Assembly (NCBI GenBank): GCA_021209525.1
Contig: JAJOIF010000004.1
Span: 35,730-99,729, forward strand
Direction of reading: 5' to 3'
Source: Minisyncoccota bacterium
GTDB taxonomy: Bacteria > Patescibacteriota > Minisyncoccia > Phycocordibacterales > UBA1006
Length of the DNA stretch: 64,000 bases
The notes beneath the pieces were generated by a model. That model made no database searches. It was not told the DNA's origin and saw nothing but the letters and a program-made list of their open reading frames with translations. Positions 30,695-40,056 of this stretch are shown here, in pieces. The position numbers and the translations under genes are program-made. Each line of letters starts with the position of its first letter. Within the stretch, counting starts at the first letter, position 1.

Positions 30695-30695
30695 A

Positions 30696-31607
30696 TCATT
30701 TAAATAGATTATCGATTTCAGCCGACCAATTATCGCTATGTATTATCCTATCTTTTTGATAGTTATTTTTAAGTATTTCTGCTTTGGTCATTTGAGAAAG
30801 CACCTCCCAATCAGTACCTAACACGTAAGTAGCATTACCATAATGCAAACTTTCAAGTAAATAAATACTTTTATCTTTATATCCAAACACAAGATACCCA
30901 GTAAAACCTCCCAACCCTATCGCTATTTGATCAGGCTTGTAAGATTCAATTTTTTTGAACCTGTCAGCTATCATTGCTTTTTCTCCAACAGATCTTTTTT
31001 CAATAATTTCTTTTACTCTTTCGTTAACCTTACTCCAGGGATTTATTCCAGGAGGTAGTAACTCCCAGTTGAGTCTAATAATTTTAGTTTTGACTGGTAG
31101 AGTCAAATTTTCTTTAAAAATCTGAAACTCATCAAATATTTCAAAAAACAAATTCATTGCATGCTTAATATCAGCATATTCACTTTTTACTTTTTTAAAT
31201 TTCTTTGAAATAACTATTTTCTTTGCATCATTTTCAGCAATTTGAAACTCCAAACTAGGAGGAGGGACTAGTTCTCTTTGCCATCTTTCATATGGCATGT
31301 AATTTACACCACTATGTTCATAGCCGCCCCAATCAGTTAATGTCCATTCTCTAGGATAATAAACTGTCTCTTTTGGTAGATCTTTTCTAGGATTTTCTTT
31401 ACCTTCTGCATTAAACTCTGAAACATTTCCAAATATCGCAGGAAGAACAGTCTCACCCACATTGAGATTATTAGAGAAACCTATCTTTTTAAGTAAATCA
31501 AATAAATTATCATTAATCTCAATACCGACATAAAAATTCTCATTCTCTTTTATTAAGGAGAGGTATTTTTCAGGATTAATTACTCTTTTGTGTCTTTTCT
31601 TTGCCAT
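30696..31607 (-). CDS. Uncharacterised soluble protein (303 aa) in the CBASS operon
   Basis: Long ORF coupled to lexA (3-bp gap) and to the CD-NTase (1-bp gap); no named domain recognised. Confidence 0.85.
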   Translation of the reverse strand: MAKKRHKRVINPEKYLSLIKENENFYVGIEINDNLFDLLKKIGFSNNLNVGETVLPAIFGNVSEFNAEGKENPRKDLPKETVYYPREWTLTDWGGYEHSGVNYMPYERWQRELVPPPSLEFQIAENDAKKIVISKKFKKVKSEYADIKHAMNLFFEIFDEFQIFKENLTLPVKTKIIRLNWELLPPGINPWSKVNERVKEIIEKRSVGEKAMIADRFKKIESYKPDQIAIGLGGFTGYLVFGYKDKSIYLLESLHYGNATYVLGTDWEVLSQMTKAEILKNNYQKDRIIHSDNWSAEIDNLFK

Positions 31608-31610
31608 AAT

Positions 31611-32228
31611 TTAGTATAGATCACCAGGAAGTACAGCAACGACTACTCCTTGTATGATGCAGTTATCTGTTAATATAATCGGCTTATGGTCTTTGTTTGT
31701 TGATTTCGGTTGAAGTACAACAGCACCATTCGCTTTCTTGAACACCTTGACGGTTGCTTCGTCATTTATAAGGGCAACAACCTTTTCATTATCTTCCGCT
31801 GTATCCTGTTGTCGAATCAAAAGCAGATCTCCACTATTAATTCCTGCAAGATTCATCGAGTCACCCATAGCACGCAATAGAAAATATTTTGAACCCTTTT
31901 TAGCTAGCCCTGTTGATACAGGAATCATGGCTTGAATATTTTCTTCAGCTAGTACTGGTGAGCCACAAGTTACAGCACCAACCAAAGGAACATCAACTGT
32001 GCTTATTGAAGCTGTTGTCTGCGATCCAGTAAGGATAAGCTGTCGTCCGATTTTCTTTATTAGACCAGCCTCGATAAGTCGATTAACAACAAGGCTCGCA
32101 GATCGTGGAGATTTACCGCCTGTAACCTCATTAATCTCATCGAGAGTAGGGCTTTTGCCATAATGAACAATCTTGTTACGGATAAGGGCAAATGCTTTTT
32201 TGTCTTTGTCGCTAAGGTTATTTGTCAT
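31611..32228 (-). CDS. lexA: LexA/CI-like repressor (wHTH + S24 peptidase)
   Basis: SPTLDEI HTH, VPLVGAVTCG cleavage site, GDSM Ser, ATVK Lys. Confidence 0.9.
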   Translation of the reverse strand: MTNNLSDKDKKAFALIRNKIVHYGKSPTLDEINEVTGGKSPRSASLVVNRLIEAGLIKKIGRQLILTGSQTTASISTVDVPLVGAVTCGSPVLAEENIQAMIPVSTGLAKKGSKYFLLRAMGDSMNLAGINSGDLLLIRQQDTAEDNEKVVALINDEATVKVFKKANGAVVLQPKSTNKDHKPIILTDNCIIQGVVVAVLPGDLY

Positions 32229-32270
32229 AGTATAAATAGTATAAATTATACTATACAAAAAAGCAAGTAT
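32229..32270 (-). promoter_or_regulatory. Promoter with overlapping palindromic operator
   Basis: Minus strand TTGCTT-17-TATACT; palindrome ATAGTATA-aat-TATACTAT at 32236-32254. Confidence 0.6.
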
Positions 32271-32286
32271 TTGCTATGATATTCTT

Positions 32287-32919
32287 ATGGAAAATGACCA
32301 GAAAAAACCAATGACTGTCGGTGAACTGGTAGCAAAGATACACTCTCCTGTTTTAAGCGAGGGGCAGATTTCTCAATTTCGAGAGATTGGTAAAAGACAT
32401 GCGGAAATGATTGAAAATATCAGAAAAGTTGCACAACCTATTATTGAACAAATGAATCGTGTTCGCGAACAAACAAAGCTTTTTGAACCAGTAGAATATC
32501 CAGCAATAGTATATCGTCGCCCCGTTGAATATGACATCCTGGAAGAACTACAAGAATTAAATAAAAACCACAAACGTCTTCTGTCTTCAAGCGAAGATAG
32601 TAATATAATCATCTACGACACAAGTAATGGGTCGCTCGACAGACATTTGGGTGGCAAACTATTTTCATACGATCTCACTGAAAATGGAAAAAGAAAGAAA
32701 TTACTTGAAACATTACTGAATCGAGATGCTTATGTACAAACAAAAGACTTACAAAGAATACTCTCTTGCCCATCATCGCAGGCAGTAGCAAAAATAGTTC
32801 AAACTTTTAATGACTATGCGATAAACACACTAAGACTACCAAAGAAGACAAAACTCATTCAAGGAAAGAAAGGTTCTGGATATCGTATTAATCCTAAAAT
32901 ACACATAGAGAAAGAGTAA
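32287..32919 (+). CDS. Putative DNA-binding protein with C-terminal winged helix
   Basis: Divergent from lexA; C-terminal LIQGKKGSGYRIN wing motif. Confidence 0.65.
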   Translation: MENDQKKPMTVGELVAKIHSPVLSEGQISQFREIGKRHAEMIENIRKVAQPIIEQMNRVREQTKLFEPVEYPAIVYRRPVEYDILEELQELNKNHKRLLSSSEDSNIIIYDTSNGSLDRHLGGKLFSYDLTENGKRKKLLETLLNRDAYVQTKDLQRILSCPSSQAVAKIVQTFNDYAINTLRLPKKTKLIQGKKGSGYRINPKIHIEKE

Positions 32920-33093
32920 ATTCCTAAGTTGACACCAAGTTGAGTGGATAACTTTGAAAAATCGCCTTTAAATAGGCGTTTTTTCTTTATGTTACTCAAT
33001 TTTGTGGTGATTACATGACTATGTACCTTTTTGATTTCATAGAGTTAGTAGATTAGTCATCTACAAATTTATAAGTAATTAAATAAAAACTCT

Positions 33094-34371
33094 ATGAATA
33101 AAAAACCTTCATGGAAAACAGGAGTTAGAGAAGTCAAAGATTTACTCCCTTGGAAAGAAAATCCAAGAAAAATCTCACGGGTCGCTATGGAAAAATTAAA
33201 AGAGAAAATCATTCAAAGTGGTTTTCATAGTGTAATTGTTATTGATACAGACAATACGATTATTTCAGGTAATCAAAGAAAAACTGCTTTGATACAGCTC
33301 GGTATTAAACAAGTAAATGTACTGATTCCTGATCGTAAATTGTCTGACGAAGAACGTCGCAAGATTGCGATCGAAAGCAATGTCAACGACGGTGAGTGGG
33401 ATTTCGAAAAGCTTAAGTCTTTTGACCTTGAGCTTTTACAGTTCGCTGGATTCAACGAAAAAGAATTAGTTAAGTTTTGGGACGAAGAAAAGGATACCAA
33501 AGATGACAAATTCGATGTCGATAAAGAGTTAAAGAAAATAAAAACACCGCAAACAAAGCCGGGTGATCTTATCATCATGGGTGGTCATAAGTTGCTATGT
33601 GCTAGCTCAACCGACATGAATGCTGTCACTAAGCTATTCGGAAATGATAAAGCCACGGCTATCTATAATGATCCACCTTTTAATATCGGGCTTTCATACG
33701 ACAAAGGTGTTGGTAATAAATCTAACTACGGAGGTACGTTTGACGACAATCAATCACCTGAAGAATATAAAGAATTTATTCGCAAGGTTCTAAAATCTTC
33801 ACTAACCGTATCTACCAAAGATGTACACGTCGCTTTCTGGTGTGATGAAGCCTGGGTGTGGGTTTTTCAAACGCTCTATATGGAAAATGGAGTTAAGAAC
33901 CGAAGACTTAATGTCTGGGTTAAAAACAATTCATCACCGACACCAACTGTTGCGTTCAATAAGTGTCTTGAGTATTGCGTGTATGGCACAAAAGGATCTC
34001 CATATATTTCAGATCTCGTAAAAAATCTCAACGAAGTACAAAACAAAGACTATGGAACTGGTAACCAACTTCTTGAAGACATCTCAAATATCTGGGCAAC
34101 AAAACGACTACCTTCAAATCAAATGGAACATGCGACGAGTAAAAATCCTGAATTACACCATAAGTTTATTATGCGTTGCACTAAGCCAGGAGACATCATT
34201 TTTGATGCCTTCTCTGGATCTGCTAGCACCATGATCTGTGCAGAACAACTGGGTCGAAAGGTCTATTCCCTAGAGATAGAGCCTGTGTTTTGCGATTTGG
34301 CGATTCGTCGTTATGAAAAATTAACTGGTCATAAGGCACAAGTAATTAAGAACTTCTATGAAAAAGAATAA
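33094..34371 (+). CDS. ParB-like N-terminal domain + N6A/N4C DNA methyltransferase
   Basis: NPRKI..IISGNQR ParB-N; DPPF and FDAFSGSAST MTase motifs; H.T.K. Confidence 0.92.
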   Translation: MNKKPSWKTGVREVKDLLPWKENPRKISRVAMEKLKEKIIQSGFHSVIVIDTDNTIISGNQRKTALIQLGIKQVNVLIPDRKLSDEERRKIAIESNVNDGEWDFEKLKSFDLELLQFAGFNEKELVKFWDEEKDTKDDKFDVDKELKKIKTPQTKPGDLIIMGGHKLLCASSTDMNAVTKLFGNDKATAIYNDPPFNIGLSYDKGVGNKSNYGGTFDDNQSPEEYKEFIRKVLKSSLTVSTKDVHVAFWCDEAWVWVFQTLYMENGVKNRRLNVWVKNNSSPTPTVAFNKCLEYCVYGTKGSPYISDLVKNLNEVQNKDYGTGNQLLEDISNIWATKRLPSNQMEHATSKNPELHHKFIMRCTKPGDIIFDAFSGSASTMICAEQLGRKVYSLEIEPVFCDLAIRRYEKLTGHKAQVIKNFYEKE

Positions 34372-34765
34372 ATTTCAAGATCAGTTTCTTGATGAGCTAC
34401 GGAAAGTGCCAATCATTCAGGTTGCTTGCGAGAAATCAGGACTATCTCGTCAAAGTGTCTATCGGTGGAGAAAGGAAGATAAAGAATTTCTCAAGAAAAT
34501 GGATAGTGCACTTTCTGAAGGTGTCGCCTTGGTAAATGACATGAGTGAAAGTCAATTACTTACGCTCATCAAAGAGAAAAACTATCCTGCAATTAGTTTT
34601 TGGCTCCGTCACCGAAATGATAATTACAAAAACAAGCTTGAGATTACTACTAAAGATGATAACGAGGAACTAACACCGTCACAAGCGAAAATTGTAAAGC
34701 AGGCGCTCAAACTCGCAAAAATTACTAAGTCGAAATCTATTAAAAATATTAATCGTAAAAAATAA
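34358..34765 (+). CDS. HTH protein, probable terminase small subunit
   Basis: ACEKSGLSRQSVYRWRKED HTH and AISFWL motif; immediately upstream of TerL. Confidence 0.72.
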   Translation: MKKNKFQDQFLDELRKVPIIQVACEKSGLSRQSVYRWRKEDKEFLKKMDSALSEGVALVNDMSESQLLTLIKEKNYPAISFWLRHRNDNYKNKLEITTKDDNEELTPSQAKIVKQALKLAKITKSKSIKNINRKK

Positions 34766-34767
34766 TT

Positions 34768-36264
34768 ATGACTAAAATAATTCCCAAAGCACTGGTGAAT
34801 ACGATGATAAAAGATCGTTCAGTGCGAACATCAATTACCAAGGATAGTTTTCTGTATTTCTTCCATTTTTACTATGCACACTATGTAAAGTATGAGACAG
34901 CAGATTTTCAAAAAGAGATTATTCATAATCTCGAAAAAAGTACCACAGAAAATCTGTATGTAGTAGCATTTCGTGGATCAGGAAAATCGACCATGGTTAC
35001 AACAGCATACCCAATTTGGGCAATCCTCGGAAAACAACAAAAGAAGTTTTGTATTATCTTTTGTCAGACACGAGCACAAGCAAAGCAACATATGATGAAT
35101 ATCCGTACTGAACTTGAGGGTAATGACGTTCTTAAAAAAGACCTTGGACCTTTTCAAGAAGAAAGTGACGAATGGGGCTCATTCTCTCTTGTATTCAAAA
35201 AGCACGGAGCAAGAATTACTGTAGCTTCTGCCGAGCAAAGTATTCGTGGAATTCGTCATAATGAACACCGTCCTGATCTCATCATCTGCGATGACGTTGA
35301 AGATGTTCAATCTACTAAAACTCGTGAGGGTCGAGAAAAGACATATAACTGGCTCCGTGGCGAGGTTGTACCTGCTGGCGATAGAAATACACGCTTAATC
35401 ATAGTCGGAAACTTACTCCACGAAGATTCGTTGTTAATGCGTATTAAAGACGAAATTGCAAAAGGTAAGGCGAAAGGAATTTTCAAAGAGTATCCGTTGA
35501 TTGATAAGAATGGTGTTTGTTTATGGTCTGGGAAATATGCAACAGAAAGAGATCTTGAGGATGAGAAGTTAAAAGTTGCCAGTGAAATATCGTGGCAACG
35601 AGAATATTTACTCCGTATTATTCCAAGCGATGATCAAGTTATCTATCCAGAATGGATTCAGTTTTATGACGAACTGCCAGGAGAAAAACATCGTGGCTAT
35701 CGTGGTACCTATGCAGGAGTAGATCTTGCGATTTCAGCTTCAGAAACAGCTGATGACACAGCTGTGGTATTTGCCCACATTTATTCACGCCGTGAGAAAT
35801 TACGAATTTATATACTACCTAACCCTATTGCAAAGAAACTTAACTTTCCTGCACAGGTGGATCTTATGAAAGATATTCGCAACACTTTGCTCACAAGAAG
35901 CTCTGACGAGTTGTTTGTTGAGAGTGTTGCATATCAAGAAGCCCTACCACAAATGCTTGAACATCATGGTGTTAAGGCTACAGCAATAAAACCTAAGGGT
36001 GACAAAAGAACACGACTTGCTCTTACTTCAACTGCAATAAAATCAGCAAAAATTTTATTCCCAAGACAAGGGTGTGAAAGACTTATCGAGCAACTTGTTG
36101 GATTTGGAGTAGAAAAGCATGACGACTTAGCGGATGCATTTTCTCTCTTAATTAACTCAACTATGGATAAACATTCAGGAGAATCTACATGGCTTATGTA
36201 CTGGATGGGAGATGATGAACCTTTGTATTTTAGGGATTATGTAGATATGGGTCAAAAAAAGTAG
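34768..36264 (+). CDS. Terminase large subunit
   Basis: Walker A FRGSGKST, Walker B IICDDVED, nuclease GVDLA and HDDLADA. Confidence 0.9.
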   Translation: MTKIIPKALVNTMIKDRSVRTSITKDSFLYFFHFYYAHYVKYETADFQKEIIHNLEKSTTENLYVVAFRGSGKSTMVTTAYPIWAILGKQQKKFCIIFCQTRAQAKQHMMNIRTELEGNDVLKKDLGPFQEESDEWGSFSLVFKKHGARITVASAEQSIRGIRHNEHRPDLIICDDVEDVQSTKTREGREKTYNWLRGEVVPAGDRNTRLIIVGNLLHEDSLLMRIKDEIAKGKAKGIFKEYPLIDKNGVCLWSGKYATERDLEDEKLKVASEISWQREYLLRIIPSDDQVIYPEWIQFYDELPGEKHRGYRGTYAGVDLAISASETADDTAVVFAHIYSRREKLRIYILPNPIAKKLNFPAQVDLMKDIRNTLLTRSSDELFVESVAYQEALPQMLEHHGVKATAIKPKGDKRTRLALTSTAIKSAKILFPRQGCERLIEQLVGFGVEKHDDLADAFSLLINSTMDKHSGESTWLMYWMGDDEPLYFRDYVDMGQKK

Positions 36265-36336
36265 TCGCGAGTATGCAATATTTCGCTAGTTCTGCATAGA
36301 CTTAGCAAAACGCTCAAATTGCGTCATCAATATAAT

Positions 36337-37655
36337 ATGGAGACGCAATATATAAGTAATTTAGGGGTAAGGACAGAAGTACCAAAACCAAGATTCGGTA
36401 TGTCCTGTATGCTCGAAAATCAACCGAATCAGACGAAAAGCAAGCCTTATCTATTGAATCACAGGTTAAGGAAATGCTTGCCATAGCCGACCGTGACGGC
36501 TTAACAGTTGTTGATATTAGGCGTGAATCTCATTCAGCTAAAGAATCCGGTCAACGACCAGTATTTAGAGAGGTATTAGAGGATGTAAGACGTGGTAGAT
36601 ATAACGGAATACTCACATGGGCACCAGATCGTCTATCAAGAAACGCTGGCGACCTAGGATCAGTGGTTGACCTTATGGACGAGACAAAACTTCTTGAAAT
36701 AAGAACATATGGACAGCATTTTAAAAATTCTCCCAATGAGAAGTTTCTTTTGATGATCCTGTGTTCCCAAGCAAAGCTCGAAAACGATAACAAAAGTATA
36801 AATGTAAAACGAGGACTGCGAACAAGGTGTGAAATGGGATTGCGACCTGGACCTGCTGTAGTCGGATATCTTAATGAAAAGAGAATGGATAAAAAGTGCG
36901 AAGTGGTTATAGATCCTGAACGAGCACCGATAGTTAAACAAATGTTTGAAAAAGTAGCTTATGAAAAATGGTCAGGAAGAAAGCTCTATCACTGGCTTAA
37001 GTTTGATCTTAATTTCAAAACTCGTAGTGGCAACAAAGGTCTTACCCTTAGCAATATTTATCTCATACTTCAAAATCCATTCTATTATGGAGTTTTTGAG
37101 TATCCACGAAAAAGTGGAAATTTCTATACTGGAAGACACAAGCCAATAATCAATAAGGAGCTTTTTGAATTAGTCCAAGAGCAGGTAAAAAGCCAAGTTT
37201 TAAGGACCCAAGAACCAAAAGAGTTTGCTTTTACAAAAATGATGACTTGCGGGCTTTGTGGCTCAGGAATATGTGCTGATGAAAAGTTTAAAAAGTTAAA
37301 AGATGGGTCAGTAAACAGGCATATCTATTATGGATGTACTAGATCTAAAGATAAAAATTGTAAGTGTGGGTATATAAACGAGATTGAATTAATACAGCAA
37401 TTTGAAAAGTTGATTGATCAAGTAAATATCAACGAGATTGGGATGAAAGAGAAAATCAAATATGAAGTTGAGCGAATAAAACGCTTTAATCAATCTGTAT
37501 TAAATACAAAACAGCAGATACAAATAAAAGACGTAGACATCAGAGACTACGCCAAATTTATTTTGAAAGACGGTTTGATTGAGGAGAAACGAGAATTACT
37601 AACTTGTTTTAAGAGTAAGATTTTCCTAAAAGAGAAAAGAATTTTCCTCGACTAG
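36337..37655 (+). CDS. Large serine recombinase with Zn ribbon; frameshift near the 5' end
   Basis: YVLYARKS catalytic motif is in frame upstream of 36474, DRLSRN, C..CG...YYGC; ATG at 36337 is in a different frame. Confidence 0.88.
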
Positions 37656-37659
37656 ATAT

Positions 37660-38094
37660 TTAATTCTGTCTAAATCCCTGCATTCCTGAACCTAGCTGAA
37701 TCGACTGAGCATTTACGCTACCATCTGAATTTGCTTGACCCATAATAACCACATTCTCTCCCACAACCAAATCAGCAACAGTTCCTGCTTGTGTTTTGTT
37801 AATAGATGTCGAAGTTGAAAGTAGAATAATTTTAGATCCACCATCTGTGAGTTTTACAGTGATACTCGTATCGTCCTTAGCGATAATTTCACCAACAGTG
37901 CCACCACCGAACACACCTTGTCTACTTTGCGCTCCACTTGGACCGCCTTGTCCACCTCTAAATTGACCCGCTTGTCCCTCTGGGAACCCAGTTGGTCTAT
38001 CGCTAGATTGAGAAACTTTGGTACCTGCATAAAATGCACCACCCCCAACAACCAAAACACCAATAATCGCACCTATAATTATATTTTTGTTCAT
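37660..38094 (-). CDS. Membrane-anchored DUF5666-like protein
   Basis: TM, Gly-rich linker, GEII.KD..SITV...DL.VG..V.I.G....DG.V.A..IQ. Confidence 0.75.
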   Translation of the reverse strand: MNKNIIIGAIIGVLVVGGGAFYAGTKVSQSSDRPTGFPEGQAGQFRGGQGGPSGAQSRQGVFGGGTVGEIIAKDDTSITVKLTDGGSKIILLSTSTSINKTQAGTVADLVVGENVVIMGQANSDGSVNAQSIQLGSGMQGFRQN

Positions 38095-38119
38095 ATACTT
38101 TTATTAATTAAACTATTAA

Positions 38120-39343
38120 TTACTCATATCGCAGAGCCTCAATTGGATTGAGGGCGCCTGCGCGACGAGCTGGATAATATCCGAACACAATGCCGATTAC
38201 GGCAGATACACCAAAGGCAAGAAGTATGGAACCAACTGATACTTTTGTTTGGATAATTCCAAACGCTGTTAGTCCGAAGGAAAGCGTTGCACCTAATACA
38301 ACTCCTATTACACCTCCAACAAGGGTGATAACAATTGCTTCTACAAGGAATTGACGATTAATATCACTTCGTTTCGCGCCAATTGCCTTGCGAAGACCAA
38401 TCTCTCTTGTTCGTTCAGTTACGGTGGTAAGCATCATGTTCATGATTCCGATACCACCCACTACAAGAGAGATGCCTGCAACAGCTCCAAGGAGAATAGT
38501 GAACGTTTGCGTTACACTTGAAGCTGTTGCAACAATGTCATTTTGATTCAGAATACTAAAATCAGCTGAAGCAGGATCGGATATACGATGTCGATCGAGA
38601 AGTAAATTTGTAATGTCCGTTTGCGCTTGCGACATTGCGTCAGCGTCTATAGCCTGGGCTGCAATTGTTGATACATAATTGTCACCGGCGAGGAATTTCT
38701 GTGCACTCGTTAGAGGAATAAATATCATGTCATCTTGGTTTTGAAATCCTGAACCTCCTTTTGCTGTTGTAATTCCAATAACCTTGAACTGCATTCCGTT
38801 TATACGAATTGTTTGACCAACAGCAGAAGCACCTTCGCCGAATAAATCATCTCGAACAGTTGGACCAAGTACTACAACCTTTGAAAGACTCTTTAAATTC
38901 TGATCTGACAGAAATACTCCTTCTGAAACAGAAACATTACGAACACTTGGATAATTTGGTGTTGCCCCCATAACAGTAGTGTTTGTGTTCGTACCTTTAC
39001 CAGTTACTTGATATCTTCCTGAAAGCTCAGCGGATACCGCAGAAATCGTTGAGACTTCCTCTGCTACAGCCTGAGCATCTTCATATGTGAGAGTACGCGC
39101 ACTCCCTCGCCCCTGACTTACTTGTGAACCTGGACCACCCTGTGCTCCTGGTGTGACTTGGATTAGGTTCGCACCAAGGGATTGGATATTAGATTGAATT
39201 GTACCTTGTGCTCCTTGACCAATAGCAACCATAGCAATAACCGATCCAATACCGATTATGATGCCAAGCATAGTAAGCCCCGTTCTCACTTTATTAGAGA
39301 GAAGCGCTGTATATGTTTCATGAATAATATCTGATGTTTTCAT
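38120..39343 (-). CDS. MacB-family ABC transporter permease
   Basis: LTMLGIIIGI, GGIGIMNMML..VTERTREIGLRKA.GA, PIEALRYE. Confidence 0.95.
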   Translation of the reverse strand: MKTSDIIHETYTALLSNKVRTGLTMLGIIIGIGSVIAMVAIGQGAQGTIQSNIQSLGANLIQVTPGAQGGPGSQVSQGRGSARTLTYEDAQAVAEEVSTISAVSAELSGRYQVTGKGTNTNTTVMGATPNYPSVRNVSVSEGVFLSDQNLKSLSKVVVLGPTVRDDLFGEGASAVGQTIRINGMQFKVIGITTAKGGSGFQNQDDMIFIPLTSAQKFLAGDNYVSTIAAQAIDADAMSQAQTDITNLLLDRHRISDPASADFSILNQNDIVATASSVTQTFTILLGAVAGISLVVGGIGIMNMMLTTVTERTREIGLRKAIGAKRSDINRQFLVEAIVITLVGGVIGVVLGATLSFGLTAFGIIQTKVSVGSILLAFGVSAVIGIVFGYYPARRAGALNPIEALRYE

Positions 39344-40053
39344 ACGTGGTGTTTTGCGTCTCTCTTTGAATGCGCCTTACCATCTTCAACAATCTGGCCG
39401 TCACGAATAAAGATGATGCGGTCCGCATGCTCAGCGACATCTGGTTCATGTGTGATAAGAATGACTGTTCGACCAAGTTCTTCATTGAGTTTCTGGAATG
39501 TGCCAAGCACGATGTTTCCAGTTTTTGTATCAAGATTTCCCGTAGGTTCATCAGCGAGGATAAGCGATGGATCATTTACAAGTGCGCGCGAGATTGCAAC
39601 ACGTTGAATTTGTCCACCCGAGAGCTGATTAGAGAGATGTTGAAAGTGCGTTTCATCGAGTCCTGCCGCCTTGAGTGCTTTAATCGCTTTCTTTTCTCTG
39701 TGTTCTTCATCAAGACCTGCATATACCAACGGAAGCATTGTGTTACGAAGAACGGTTGTGCGTGGAAGTAAATTGAAAGATTGAAATACAAAACCAACCT
39801 TTTCTCTACGAATGTCTGCAAGTTCGTCATCCGAAAGTGTTGAGACATCTTTTCCATCAAGGAAATATGTCCCCGAGGTCGGCGTATCGAGACATCCGAG
39901 AATATGCATCAGGGTAGACTTTCCAGATCCCGAAGGCCCCATGATGGCAACAAACTCCCCATCATTGATAGTAAAACTAACTCCCTTAAGAGCCTGAAAG
40001 GAGTTATCACTCCCAGCGTTATATGTCTTATTAATGTTCTTTATCTCGATCAT
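39340..40053 (-). CDS. MacB/LolD-family ABC ATP-binding protein
   Basis: GPSGSGKST, LSGGQ, ADEPTGNLD, ITH. Confidence 0.96.
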   Translation of the reverse strand: MIEIKNINKTYNAGSDNSFQALKGVSFTINDGEFVAIMGPSGSGKSTLMHILGCLDTPTSGTYFLDGKDVSTLSDDELADIRREKVGFVFQSFNLLPRTTVLRNTMLPLVYAGLDEEHREKKAIKALKAAGLDETHFQHLSNQLSGGQIQRVAISRALVNDPSLILADEPTGNLDTKTGNIVLGTFQKLNEELGRTVILITHEPDVAEHADRIIFIRDGQIVEDGKAHSKRDAKHHV

Positions 40054-40056
40054 AAA

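Noticed and set aside
32944-32953. DnaA box / replication origin
   Set aside because: A single imperfect box with no cluster and no nearby dnaA.
32287-37655. Complete prophage
   Set aside because: No portal, capsid, tail, lysis or replication genes.
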